DNA of 63,512 bases, the filler included, from Choristocarpus tenellus KU-1152 (Eukaryota > Protista > Phaeophyceae): assembly GCA_964200185.2 (NCBI GenBank). It is 10 parts of 10 records of this genome, joined end to end, with 100 filler letters (N's around TTAATTAATTAA, not from the genome) between each part and the next. Parts side by side here need not be neighbours in the genome. Positions count along the whole stretch, not along the records: positions 25,549 to 37,330 come from CAXNAD020002141.1; positions 37,431 to 50,870 come from CAXNAD020001494.1; 8 more parts are not named here. The stretch is one strand, 5' to 3'. Under the pieces are notes generated by a model that did not search any database, had not been told where the DNA came from, and saw only the letters and a program-made list of their open reading frames with translations. Shown in pieces: positions 25,717-39,252 of this stretch. The position numbers and the translations under genes are program-made. The first letter of the stretch is position 1; each line of letters opens with the position of its first letter.

Positions 25717-26592
25717 GAGAGAGGAGATACCTTGATGGCCAATATACTGCGACGCCGTCTGCAAAGGAATGACCAGAGCTCTCCTCGAGAAGAAGGAGGC
25801 GAGTCTACTGTGGTATCAGCAGAAGGCTCTCCATCAAAATCCGTTGCTGCTTTTGAGGAGAAGGGGCGACAGGATGAGAGATTGGGGGAATCAGGGACTG
25901 GGATTAAGGCTGAAGACTGTGGTGGGGCAGAGGCTGAGGCTGGGGGCGGGACAGGGAGAGGGATGGCAGAGAAGGGGTTGAAAGTTGCAGGAGGTGGAGA
26001 AGGTGTCCATGGTGGTGTGTCTACTCATGGAGAGGGGAGGGGAGGGGTTGGTGGTGAAAACCTGGAAGCAGCAGCTGGAGCACAGAATGTAGGTGGACCT
26101 GGACATGTGGGAGGAGATGCAACAGTCACATTGCCAGTTTCGGGTGTTTCTCAGGTTGTTGTTCCACAGAGTGGTGTCCCTGCACCCCCTGATGAGGGTG
26201 GAGGAGGGCACGCCTCTGTACCTGTTTCAATGGTGCCCCCAGTAGCAGCTGTCATGACTGCCGATAGGTTGCCATTGGCATCAACAACATCAGGAACAAC
26301 TGGAACAATAACTGCAACAACTCTGGCAGCATTGTCCTTAGCGAGGGAGAAGAACCACGGAGCGGCTGTGGCGGCTCTGGAGCGACAGGTACTGCGGGAA
26401 CGGGAAAGTTCCAGACCTGAAGGTTCAGAAGGTGGTGTTGGCTCTGGGGCTGAGGAAGGGGTATCTGGAAGACTACAGCGTTCTTCTTTGGATAGTCAAG
26501 GATCAGACAGTGGTAGTAGGCGGGGGGTTGTATCGGCTGTGTTGGACCCTGCAGAGCGGCTGTTGAACTCTGCTGATAATTTTCTGGAGAAG
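25717..26592 (+). CDS. Large internal exon, Gly/Ala/Glu-rich low-complexity protein of unknown family
   Basis: Pyrimidine tract, ttccag|GAG, 876 nt open, AAG|gttata donor. Predicted disordered, with helical ends (LMANILRRRLQR; PAERLLNSADNFLEK). Confidence 0.65.
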
Positions 26593-26621
26593 GTTATATG
26601 GTCGGGCTGAGAGGGATCAAT

Positions 26622-26689
26622 GAGGAGGAGGAGGAGGAGGAGGAGGAGGGTATTGAAGGTTGAGGGCTGAGGGCTGAGGGCTGAGGGCT
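26622..26689. repeat. (GAG)n and (TGAGGGC)n simple repeats
   Basis: gaggaggag... followed by tgagggc x4. Confidence 0.85.
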
Positions 26690-27754
26690 GTGATGTCTCA
26701 AGGAGGGGTCCTTGTGGTTACTGTTTGGTACACAGGAGAAAGGGTTGGATGTGAGAGAGATGGAGGGAGTGCAATGGAGATGGAGTCAAGCGGATCTTGC
26801 AATGGTTAATTGGTGAATATGGCTGCATCTGGGAGGCGTACTATTTCTTGCATATATTGAAGAGCTATTGGTTGAATGTTGCTTTTCGTGGTAAGGTTTA
26901 GGATCAAATGACTGTTTCATGGTTAGTTTTAGTATTCCGGATATTAAGGAAAGTTTAATGGGTCTTAGTTTTTCTGTTTGTCCTTGACATGGCTCATCTA
27001 TTCTGACATGGCTGACTCCACAAATGATTTTGAACTGCAGTAGGAAGGTGTTATGTATGGTACATGGTACTGGCAGTAGTGTGGTGGGTGAAGGAAAGAC
27101 CACTTGGGGTATGATGATCCGGTATCATCAAGATAGGTCTATTGTTATTGGCCGTTGGTCTTATATCTTTCTGTGGGGAGATAAGTGATACATTCATCAA
27201 GGATGAGACCGCTTGGTTGGACCTCTATTGCCAGTAGTGCTGATGCTGGTGATATCTGGAGGTATAGAGAAGGAGGAAGTTGCTAATCTTTGCTTCAATA
27301 TAGGTAGGGTAGGAGTCGCAACCAGGTGACTAATTACCATGTGTGTGCTCAAGGAGATGAGATAGTGTTTGTTCACTGTGAATATAGGTACAGCAGTGAT
27401 GTATTCGAAGTTTCCATGTGCTCCCTCTAGATAGTTGACTGTAATGTGAACATGCATGTATGTGTTTCAGAGTGAATTCTGCTGGTGGATGTATTATTAG
27501 TTTTTCTCAATGATGTAGCACCATGACAAGTATTGGGCCATACACTTTGTTGTGCTAGTTTATTTTTTCTGATGGAAGGCTGAAGTATAGTTTAGCATAT
27601 ACATATAAGACAAGAAAGGCTGGTTCTATTTGATCAGAGGATGATAGGAAGGATACATTGAAGGTGCTGGAGTACCATGCGTGGAGCGATAATATAACAG
27701 TCCAAATATTGAGCAAGAATTTGATATGATGATTTTCACTTCTACAGAAGTATT

Positions 27755-27932
27755 GGATCAAAGTATCTGTGAGGGGGTGGCAGCTGTCCATCCTGGGCCC
27801 ATTTTTTCATGTCATGATTTTTGGCTGATTTGTTTGCATGCATCTGATGGATAAGGTGAGTTTGCTTCTCCTGGTCACGGCCAAATGACTATCCTGGTGT
27901 GGACCCCCCTCCGCCACCACATACTTTGAGTC
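27755..27932 (+). mobile_element. MITE family B, diverged copy
   Basis: GGATCAAAGTATCTGTGAGGGGG ... ACATACTTTGAGTC; interior similar to 11912-12095. Confidence 0.75.
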
Positions 27933-29224
27933 ATTTAATCCATTAATAGTAGTTCAATGTGTTATTGTGCTACACATGCACTTACTTGTCTTTGTTTAGA
28001 ATGATGGGATGGTGATTAGCCTGAGGGTTGATGTAACCCACTACCACATACATAGCTAGTAAGCATTGGCGAGTACTTGTAGTAAGGAGGCATCCAAGCC
28101 CTCACGAATTTATATATATGCTTTATCATTCTATCCTTCCTTTGACCACAACAGGTACGGAAAATCCCTCACATTAATGTGATGATGGTAACAATTGTAC
28201 ATTATAATGTATATCAAACAACAGTAAACAGTTTTATTTTTTTATTGCCACTACAAACAGTCAAAGTAAATGAGATGCACTCAGATTTATGTTTCAAGGA
28301 TTCTGACAAACACGTATAAAATTCGGGAATTTTACAAAAGCGTGTAACATTTTTTTATTGTGTTGAAAAGGTTGCACAAAAAAGAGGAACAAATGCTCTC
28401 AAGTCAAATTTAGAACTTCATTTAGAGAAATATGGGTGAATTGCAATAGATTGAAAAAAGGACTTGAAATGCAAAACGCCCAAAACTTGGGAACGTCTCG
28501 TCTACTTTGGATAAAGGTATATTGATGTTTTATTCTAAGGGTTAGGGTAAGGTCAAGTAAATGGCATTCATCCTTCTGTAGACTAAGTTCGACAGACGGG
28601 CCATAGCATTGGTGGAAGTACATTGTTTCTTTTGAGAAAAAAAAACTTGACAGTAAGTGAGTGAGCCGATAATATAAGGAGATTTTAGGGAAAGTGCAAA
28701 TAGATGATTCTCCTCTTTTTGATAGAATCACGAAAAAAGGACTTCGGTAGGTGTGCCAATGGAGACGGCTGGTCGAGAGATAAAACTAACCCTATTCAAT
28801 GTATGTCATACCTATTTTGAGCCCTCTAGTATTGTACGTAAAATCTCACAAGCCATGATCCGCTGACCTGGTTGGTGGAGAGATCCTTCCAACAATCTAG
28901 AAATCACATTTGTATTATGTTTTCTATTATTTTTTGTGCAAGCAAAGACATGACAATATTTCCATCCTCTTCTACCACTGCTGTAGGTGCATATGCAAGT
29001 GCGATGAATGTGGATCGTTGGTCAAGATCTTCAACAATATGGAGGTCGAGGTTGACCGACTTGACAGTAAGGAGCAATTTCAAAGGGTCACCCTCACGGT
29101 CCCTTGATGAGTTCTTGCTCTGTTAGGAGGATGCCAATTTCGTTGCATATATATGGGTTAGGAGGCACTCTGCCTGGTCCTCGCTACCTCCATCATAACT
29201 CACGGTACTGACGTTTTGGTCGTT

Positions 29225-29487
29225 GAGTCAAAGTAAACGAGAGGTACCCAGGGTTGGATATTAGGGACGCTGACAAATATGTGCAAATTTCGGTCTTTTT
29301 TTGTACAAATATGTTCGGGGAATTTTCTTAATTCTGTCAAAAAACTTTCAAACAATAGAGAAATCAACCTTCTGAAGTAAATGTTAATACTCCAATCATC
29401 GAAATGAAGGTGGATTCAAAAGATTAGAAAAACGTAGCATGAAATGAAGATAGCGAAACCCCGGGTACGTCTTGTTTATTTTGCCTC
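29225..29487. mobile_element. MITE family C (same GAG-CAAA terminus)
   Basis: About 31-bp TIR: GAGTCAAAGTAAACGAGAGGTACCCAGGGTT versus the reverse complement of the right end, GAGGCAAAATAAACAAGACGTACCCGGGGTT. Confidence 0.75.
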
Positions 29488-30126
29488 AATTAATTGTAAG
29501 AATGGTGTCTTCAGTAACAGTCGACAGCAGGGAGCACCCACAAAAGGTAAACCTTTTGCTATATAACCATACTATATATTACTACTACTATACATGTATC
29601 TACTGCTATTATACTATGTTCCTTTAACCAAGTAGTCCAGAGTATTATTTCTGTCAAACAGTATGTCGAAGTCCTTGTATATCAGCAGTCAGTGGAGTGT
29701 TCCCTGCAACATCAACACCGGAGTGGTTTCTTTCATGGAAATCTTCTTTCGGTTTATTATGATCCAAAATAGACATGGGCAGCACTACGAGTACGGATTA
29801 TGCACCTACCTGTACTACCCTATTTGTAACTATACCACAGAAACGTGAGAGACCAAAACGAAGTGGCGATGGTTTCATAGAGGAGCAATGCCGAGGCTGG
29901 TCCAGCACACGATTGGTGGGAGAGGCTTACTAACCACGATTGGGAAGGTATACCTACCTATACCTTACTATCTTGCCCTAAACCACAAGAGGGCATGCAC
30001 CGAAAGATCTTGATCCTAGTGCCGAAGATTCATGGCAGATAGGGGGAGTAGGCACCAGATTGAAAGAAGAGGTAGAGGAACATTGAGTGGGACAGCTGAA
30101 CCCAACGAGAAAGTGCACAGGGCTAG

Positions 30127-30525
30127 GGAGTCCCCCTATCTTGAGGAGCCCTCACTGTCCTTGGGAAATTCCCACTGTCATACTTTTTTCACTTCTTCAG
30201 ACGAGGCTCAGGGTTATTTTTTACACGCGGGTTAGGAATAGGGTTAGGTTTAGGTTTAGGGTTAGGGTTACGGTTAGAGATACATTCTCGAAAATATGAG
30301 TTTTAAAAGTGAAAATTGGTGGATCCTTGAGAGGATGTGATCCCTGAGTGCACACTCTGCTCCTTCACAACTTCTTCTAGAATGTTTCCAAGACTGGTTA
30401 GAGATATCTTTCACACAAAGTTAGGGTTAGAGTTAGTAGAGTTAGGGATAAGGTTAGGCTTTCAATAATGCATGCAAAAAGTGAAAAAAATATGTCTGGG
30501 GCTCCTGAAGACTGAGGGGCTCTCC
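30127..30525. repeat. Imperfect inverted repeats enclosing two TTAGGG-like tracts
   Basis: gggagtcccctatcttgaggagccc versus gggctcctgaagactgaggggctctcc, with (T)TAGGG-like runs at 30229-30278 and 30420-30458. Confidence 0.45.
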
Positions 30526-33500
30526 TCCACACTGCAACGCACAAGAAAAAATCAAGCTACACATGGGGCATTGCAATTAAATTGTAGTGCAACAGATATT
30601 TCATAGCATAGAAGAAATTGTATAGAGTGCACTAGTATCTGACCACAGGTCAAGGGGCTAGTTCGGGTGGAGGTGGTGGAGACTAAGTTCCCAGACTGAC
30701 GAGAACAAATGACGCAACATAACTACTACACTTGGAGCAACTAATATGTATCCTTTACCTTTGCCTGGAACTGTCTGGACCTATGGTTGGAGGCAGTACA
30801 TGCTCGATATAATGAGTAACTATTAAGTACATACAGCGTAATGTAGAATACGACTGTTATTTATAATCGCACTGCTTTAGTTCATGCCTCTTACTTCTAG
30901 CACGTGGAGTTCAGCCATCCCGCTTCTCATCACTCTACCTTCCTCGAATCTTGCACTGAACACACTCCAGTGGACACAACAAACATTTTGTTCACCTCAT
31001 TTGAATTTTTATGAAGAAAGGGAGAATAAAATGAAGAGTTGTATAGGTAAATGAACAATCTGCAATAATACTTGCCAAGTGAATAATCGAAACCAGGTTT
31101 TCTTGCGATTTTGAGAGGGTTGGAACCCCTTAAAGCATTTCAGACCATACTCCATTATTAACCTGTTTTAGATTTCAGGACGCCAAACACTACTATTTTA
31201 AGTGCGAACGCAACGATGCTACCAGAAGGAAAAAAATGATAGTGAACCGTGAAACCGACACCAAGATAAACAAAAGAATGACTATTTGCCCAGATTGGTG
31301 TCAGTAAGTCGAGGTGTTGGGGATGAAGGACACTTCTTACCCTATTCAAGCGATGCGAATCAACTCTAAAGTATAGACTGACCTCTGAGATGGTTTTCTC
31401 GTGCATGTTGCAATTCCCACTCTATAGTGCACTTATCCTAGGCGTGACGAGGGCATCTCCTGTGGGTGTCATCCAGGCAGGGGGCGTGCAAGTGGCCCCC
31501 ACCGCTTTTGTAAAACCTGGCACCCCATCCAACACCAGTCTGGCGGTTGAATGGGAAACCTTTGGCGATAGCGCACACCCAAGGATTCATGGGTGCGGCT
31601 ACAAAATGGTCACACGAAATATGCGTGGTTGAGTTCCATCTCCTTGCCAGTTGTACAGTACGTACGCCGATCACCGAGAGTGTAATCTAGTCTTAGCACT
31701 AGGGACAGGCCATAAGTCTTTTATCTCCTTCACATCCGTACAGATATGAACTGCAGTACCAAGAAGCAAGAACTTCTCCAGACGACTGGAGGTCGGTTGA
31801 AGGGCATGAACACAATACCTGGGACATCACAGTCCGTGTTGATGGCTTTGACAAGTGAGATGCCATTGAATACTCTATTCGATCCTCGAGATTCTCGAGT
31901 ACGTACAACGCCTTATCTTGTGTTAAAAAAGGGCAAGGAATGATGCAACTCTGCTTCTGTAAGGGGTGTATGTGTATACAGGGATTAAACACGGCAAGGC
32001 AGGGTAACAACTTGCTTGGGTAAACATCTACCGCAAGAGTAAACCGTCTTGAATCACACCACAGGAAAGCTCCATCAGATGCGTCGGCAAAAATTACAAG
32101 AATAAGATAAATGTGCGGCTGAGAGGATCACAAACCTTGCAAAACCACCGTATTAATCCTCCCCACCATATTGAGATGATTTTCTTTTCTCTATTCATTC
32201 ACCAAAGTCTATCCAGGATAATCACCAATGTCATGGTATCTCAGTCCCTGCACAATGGGTCTTGCAGGGATGAGGGACACCACTTTTGCACAGCTCAGTA
32301 TAGTCTACCTATTGTAACCAGTCCAAACACCTCTGAACAGAATGACAGGAGAAAACCACACCAGCAAGGATGGCTGGTTCACTCTTACAATCTCAAGAAA
32401 ATATCCCAAACCTAGCCAATGGCCTGACCTTCATGTGGTCAGTGAGCAGATGCAGTGGAATGAATCCTGGGTGCGTTTGAAGCACAAAATCGAGGTCCCT
32501 CTCAGGTGAGTTTTCCTCGTTTGTTAATTTGTTTGGACGGCAAAGGATACCCTTATAGTCTGTTTCAATGTAGAGTGAGTGAGGGTGATTGCTCATTATG
32601 AAATGGACGAACAGCTCAGAGCACAAAGCAGGAGGATTATCCTGAACACATCTTTGGGTGACTAGTTTGCTGATCTGTTGGTAACAATTGTTGCCTCCAT
32701 GCATGGTTAGTTTTTGTCACTGCTACCCCTTTTTGAACATCTCAGCCAACCATCAGAATATGCAGAGTTTTTATTGTATGGTTACACCTACACATTTGTA
32801 TATATTTTCGTATATTGTTTCCTTCTCAATTGCTGAGGAAGTACTTGTAACACTCTAAATATGTGACCTGTTTTGTAGAAGTAAGGCACGGACATAGACC
32901 ACTGTATGCACACAAAGACAATTGCACAACCCTAAAAAACCCATCACACTCCAGGCACACCAAGAGCTTGAAAAAAGTATACCTGAAATTACGCAAAGTG
33001 AAGTGTTGTGAGATTTTTTTTTTTAAGGACGTGCCTACCCTCACACCGGGCATTTTGCCACACTCCCCTTGTGGAAACAAAGGAAATCTGGGCATGGCCA
33101 GTACTCATCATGGACAGCAGAAGTCATTCGCTGCGATGTTTCCGAGGAGTTGGGAGAAGAAAAAATATCCAAGAACCTCAACATTGACAGAAGCCCTGCC
33201 TCTTTGCAGAAGCTAGGAAATAGAGTGCGCTGGGCCGGAGGCTGTCCATACCTCGATTATGGGGGGTACACTTGGCACGTCCGTTTATTCCCGCCATCAG
33301 GGCAACAGACAGTGCTCGGGGATTACCCTATACTAGGTTTGCACCAGGAGACTATCACAGGAAAGTGGACTGGGGATGGGAGCCAGGTGGGTCTGTGGGG
33401 CCAAGAATAATGGTAAGAGTGGGTGGTTCTTTGTGTACCTTGCAGGATTTTTTCTTGCGATGCGAGTTTCAAAGCAATATTAATCATTTTTGCAACAAGT

Positions 33501-34613
33501 TGATTTATTATAAACGTAACTATTTTAAAAAGTATGCTTTGGTCCAGCTGATAGAACTTGCATAATCATTCCGAACACAAGGTATGAAACATCAGTTCTT
33601 AGTTACTGTGCAATGAGTTTAAGCAGCATTAACCTTAACAAAAAACTTTCTCACCTCTGACACCTGAACTCCTGGCCTAATGTGTTTTGCCTTTGAAGGT
33701 ATTAGTGGAACGTTTCGGGCACAGACAACACAAGGGTGAGTTCAGACCTTCGGGACACCTTCTAGATCCTTTCTTCTGCCATGAGGGAAGGTGAGCAAGC
33801 CACCCTTTGGTATGTTGAGATTGAACTGTTCACACCTCCTACTGAGTATGGGACTTTTCATTTCCCCAAACAAATCTAAGTCAATGCAAAATCTTGCCTA
33901 ATATACAGACCAAATTTTCACCGTTGAACCAATTTTTTTGATAAAAGAGGAATCTGCCAGGGTATAGTCCCCAAAATTGAAAACTATGTCAGGTTGAACA
34001 AAAAGGATTTGCTCGTTGAGTAGGCAACATGCGGCCCACGTAGGTGTAACCTCTTCAAAATCTTGAACAAAAAAAAAAGCCCGTACAAGTTGAGTTTGAT
34101 AGGTGAGATTGTTGAAAATTATGAAATGTCAAGATTCTGTCCCCATCAAGAGTGGTATTCTTTGCAATCTGAACTACTTGCAGCCTGAACTGTGATCCCA
34201 AAAGCAATCGCACTATCTCTGTGTATGTCCTGCAGCTAGGGCATTGGCCCAACCATCCCCTTGTTCTGAAAGTCACCCTCCACCAATGAATCTGGCATCG
34301 GCTGGTGGTGTTGCTTTGCCAATGTAGAACAATTTCTACTCAGTGGGTATCATGGCATGGGCCTGTACAAAACTACGTTGAAACTGTTCCAAATATTGAG
34401 TTGGAAGCATTCGTTTGTACGAAGCCATGCTATCAGGAAAAATTATGGCGATTTATCTAGCGGCAAGAATATGCCTTCAGTGGTACCAAAACTACTCAAA
34501 CGAAACCAAAACGGATTTGAGTAGTTGTTGAGAGGTAGACAGATTTGGGCCCTATTATATTATTAGCCACTTTCCTTTCCCCATGCCCAATTGCCTTGCT
34601 ATATGTCCACAAT

Positions 34614-34862
34614 GAGTGAAAGTATCTTAGAGGGTACGAGTTTTGCCCTGTTTGTCCATTTGAGGCTTGACTTCCCACGGGGTTTTTGATGACATTTTCT
34701 TACTAAAAAATATTCTCGAAGTAAACGCTATGAAAGGGTGTGTCCGGAACAAGGATATTGACACTTCCTAACAAACACAATAGCCAAAATTACATCAAAA
34801 TTGCAACATTGGATTCGGGCCCCCAAATGGACGCGACTGTACCCTCTAAGATACTTTGGCTC
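34614..34862 (+). mobile_element. MITE family A
   Basis: GAGTGAAAGTATCTTAGAGGGTAC ... GTACCCTCTAAGATACTTTGGCTC; interior matches 11536-11798. Confidence 0.85.
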
Positions 34863-35782
34863 AATTAGATTACCCAAAATGGGCATTCCTCCAATTCAAA
34901 CACAAAGTGACACCACAATGCGGCAAGGGCTCTACCCGCAATTATACAAGATGGAGTATTTTTGGAATTTCTCAGGGTCCTTAAAATGCAGCCTTGCCTA
35001 CCTCTCAAATGCTTTGGCTCAAAATTGGGAAAACAATGAAGTAGCAACACTCCCCATGTCCCAGGAGAATTCGAAGCTCAACCAAACTGCTACAACTGAA
35101 GACGGAAAAAACAAATCTTGCCTCCATTGTCTCAAACTCATCCAAGTTTATCCAAAGCTCTCAGCAGTGTGAAGCAGTGACAGTCCTGCCTTGTAGCCTC
35201 AATCAGCTAGTAGTTGGCCGTGGAGGGCAGCAGTTCTTGAAGTGACAAAGAGAGGGATTGCCACCATGACCGGAAAATCATTCTTAAGATAGAAAGCTAA
35301 ACAAGGGTATGCCTCATGATGGCAAAAAAATACAACTTGTGCAAAATCGCAGCTTGTGCCCATGTGCAAAAAACTGCCGAAATGAATCCGAAACAAACAT
35401 GCAGGCAGTAACTTCAGTGCCCCTAAGAGTGGAGTACCCAGCAACTCAAAGCTATAAAGAAAATAAGTCAAACACCCTCATCGAAATACTATACGATTTT
35501 TTTTTCTTCCTCTGCCATGTGCCCTCCTATATTTGCTCCAGTACCTGTCTCATAAGCCCCAACTCAGACATGATACATGGAACAGTATTTTGCTAATATT
35601 AACGTCTTCCCTAATAGAGAAAACAACCCCAATAATTTTGCTCAAGGTGTGCACACAAGATATCGGGGCTAGATGAAGGAAGGAGGTACCACGTTAGGCT
35701 CAGAGCTTTTAATACCGTAGGTCCTGGGCCATGGGTTGCTGCTCTCTGGGAAGGACAGGTTTGTGATGCTTCTAAGAAGTTT

Positions 35783-36041
35783 GAGTCAAAGTATCTTAGA
35801 GGGTAGAGCCGCGTCTGTTTGAGGGCCAAAATCAAATGTTGCGATTTTGATGTAATTTTGGCTATCATGTTTGTTAGGAAGTGCCAATATCCTCGTTCAG
35901 GACACACCTTTTCATAACGTATACATTTTACCTATTCCGAAAAATTTTGGAGTAGGAAAATGTCACTAAAAAATCCGATGGAAGCCAAGCCCCAAATGGA
36001 CAAACAGGGCAAAAACCGTACCCTCTAAGATACTTTCACTC
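35783..36041 (-). mobile_element. MITE family A, inverted orientation
   Basis: GAGTCAAAGTATCTTAGAGGGTAG ... TACCCTCTAAGATACTTTCACTC; interior is the reverse complement of the other A copies. Confidence 0.85.
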
Positions 36042-37499
36042 AGGGGTATGCCATTGTTGTTCAGGTGTCTTTGCGATTGATTTGCACCTATAAGTAACTA
36101 CAGTCTTCAGTCCAATGACAAATCTTTTCCTCAAAAGCGCCTTTTTTTCTGCATCTACGGACTTCTGATCAGTGTTAATGTAATTCGGACAATAAAAATG
36201 GGGTGACAGGTATCACGTTTGGCAGTCCTATGACACCAACCCTCCCCCAAATCTCCCCCTCGCTAGGCATCTTGGCTCTGATATATATCAATTTGGACAT
36301 TGATTTAAAGTCTATGGCAGCAACAATGATCTAGGGTTAGAGCAAATCATGTTGTCCGTGGCAGTCTCCTCCTTAGTGCACAGCCTAGGAGGCCTAGGAG
36401 ATAGCAAGTCTTAAGTGAACAGTTGACAGCTAGATAACAGATCATATTGTGCTTTTATCAATAATCACCGTCATAGAACCCCTCCTAATCCTGTCTACCA
36501 CGTCATGCAATGGAATGGCGAGAATAGAAGTAATGATAGGATTGAGGTGTCAAGAGATGTTCCAGGGTGAAGCATACAATTGGCTAGGTTAGACACTTGA
36601 AATGTTGAAGTATATTGGTGTATATACTGCTCTTCGTACATGTCCCCTACCCTGCTTATGGTACTACTTTCAATCTTCACATTGTCCTATATTTTCCTGT
36701 TTTCACCCCCCACTCACAATGTTTCTCAGGCATCTCCAGTGGAGGACTCGATGCCATCTAGTGTGTCGAGAACCAGTACCAACCCCAGGCCTCGTTCTCC
36801 CCGGTCCCCACACCTGTCCAGCTTGCACGGAACATCACTGACAGTATTGGCAAATGCTGTTCCGGACCAGGAGGATCCGATACAGGTAAAGTAGGAAAAG
36901 GATCAAAGTAAGAAAATAATGCCGGCTTACTGTCTATTCACTCACTCACCTGGAATGCTCTTGTCCATCCTAGCATTGCTGCACACATCTCCATCCAAAC
37001 ACTAGCCCAAGGCCAATCAGATTATTTCATCAACGTTTCCATGCACTACCCAAATTTAACCTTGTTTTGTGGATGGAAGAGGAAAACAGCCTATTTGGAT
37101 CCGCTGAGTATTCCTTAGTGTAATGAAGACATTAATTTTGAGTAAAAGACTTCTAGAGGGGGATGCAGTTGATGATAAGGGATCTTCTTGACTCTCTCTT
37201 GAGTTTGATTTAATGCATGGGATCATGTATTGGAAAAAACAACTTTCTTGATCTGGAAACACATTCTACATCCACAGACTGACCCAAAGTATCTGGGGGG
37301 GGGGGAAGGTCTACACCATGGTGTAACTTTNNNNNNNNNNNNNNNNNNNNNNNNNNNNNNNNNNNNNNNNNNNNTTAATTAATTAANNNNNNNNNNNNNN
37401 NNNNNNNNNNNNNNNNNNNNNNNNNNNNNNCCTTTCTTGTACAAACCACATCATCCTTTCATAAATATTTATAACCACTGGAAGAAGACATATGTATGT

Positions 37500-38460
37500 A
37501 TGTATTGTATAATACAATATATAGTGTACCATACATATAAGCATGCCAAAACAGTTACTGGCTCCCTCCTGGGGGGCCCGCTGTCCTTGTACCTTTGGCT
37601 TGGTCGAAGTCGCTTCCAAATCGTAGCGGTACTCTCCACAAGCATCGAAATATTTTTTACCAAAAATATATTCCATTTGTGGTGGGGCCCTTCAAAAGTG
37701 CCGCAACATTTACGAAAAAAAAACATACGGGCACTTTCCACGCAGCATTTTGGGTCAAACCCATCCTCCATAGTATGCTCCATCCTCAATTTTGGTGATC
37801 GACTGTTCAAAGAGGACACGACCCAGATTATTGCCAGTATTCATGTGAAGCAACCAAAACAATTGCTTTGTAGATGCGTGAAACAACAACAGGAGATAAC
37901 CTTGAGGACAGTGTGAAATGAAACACGCAAACATGGTTTGAGGGTGGGTGTGAGGAACTTACATGCGTTGCCATTGAAAATCATTTGCCTTATTTAACCA
38001 CCTTGAAATACTTTGTTTACTGCATCACATGTACCTGTACAGTTAAACACGCAAAATATCTTCAGAAGAAGATACATAATCCGCACATACTTGCACAAGC
38101 TTGAAAGGTGGGACCTGACCAAGCATTCTATGGTCAGATCCAAGAAAGAGGGGATGTTGTCTTCGGTTGGAGCAATTGATTATGCTGGACATAGAATCAC
38201 AATAGCATGGATACTAGAAATATTCTTCTCACAACTACAACTATCATACCAGCAACATGTGGCACACCTTACTCTCCCTTCTAGGGCACAGTAGTTGTAT
38301 ATGTCACTGACCGCCAACACAAAAGGTAAAGCCTCTTCACAACCCTTGCACATGGTCCTAGTCCACATTTGATGTGAGGGGTGTGTATTCACCACCTTTT
38401 TTGGAGCTTGGGTGTCGAGCTCTTCTCTTCTCTGGAGTATAGACCGCGAAACAAGAGTGT
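37500..38460 (-). mobile_element. Degenerate piggyBac-like transposase
   Basis: LLFRGLY, LDLTIECLV (LTIDE.L-like first Asp region), CKY..LKIFCV, HTMEDGF (TMDNWF-like), CCGTF and MLVEST occur in piggyBac order, with stops and frameshifts. Confidence 0.5.
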
Positions 38461-39252
38461 AATGTACTTGTTTAGAAATGTCTCAACCAGTCTGATGAAA
38501 ACGAACTATATCCGTATGACTGATTTTGACCACTTTGAGCAAACTGCATCAAATGTATCCAGTAATTAGGTAGATATTACCTGAATAGTTGCTTCCATGA
38601 CTAATGTTCTTTCTGAACACTGTGTAAGTCAAGTGTAACCAGTAATGGCCAATGACCATTCAAGTGGTTTTGTTGCACAAACGATCAGGGTTAACAAGCT
38701 TGCCCCATTGGTGACAGGAGAAGCCCACACTGCCTAGTAGTTGGAGTGTTTGTGACATACACCCAGGAACTTAGGTGCGAAGAAGGTGAAGAATTAGGTG
38801 CCAACTGATGGAACCTTGTCCAGGTGACCAATCATGGATAAATAGGCAGAATAGGGCCAATTGATAGCAGGTGGCACACGCATCCAATTGACACCTGACC
38901 ATAACTTATCAGTATCAATTACTACAGTCAGAGTCCTCCAGTGTGACGAGCAAGTAGACCCAGCAAAGTATATTGGTGTTATCCCCACACCACAACAAGA
39001 GGTTTTGCACTACTTGTTCCATAGGTTGATTTGTGGCCAGATTTGCATTATTTGGCCCCAAGAACAGTATTTAGGTGTGGAAAAGGCTCTGTTTGCTTAG
39101 TTGTTGGAAGTATGCATCTTTAACCACACCAATTTTCGCCAACATGCTGTGCACTCCACAGGTGATCAAGAACCAAGCCCCACCCACATATATCAGCATT
39201 GAACCCCAACAATCTTCATGAGTATTATCCAGTCTGCCTGGCTGCAACCACT

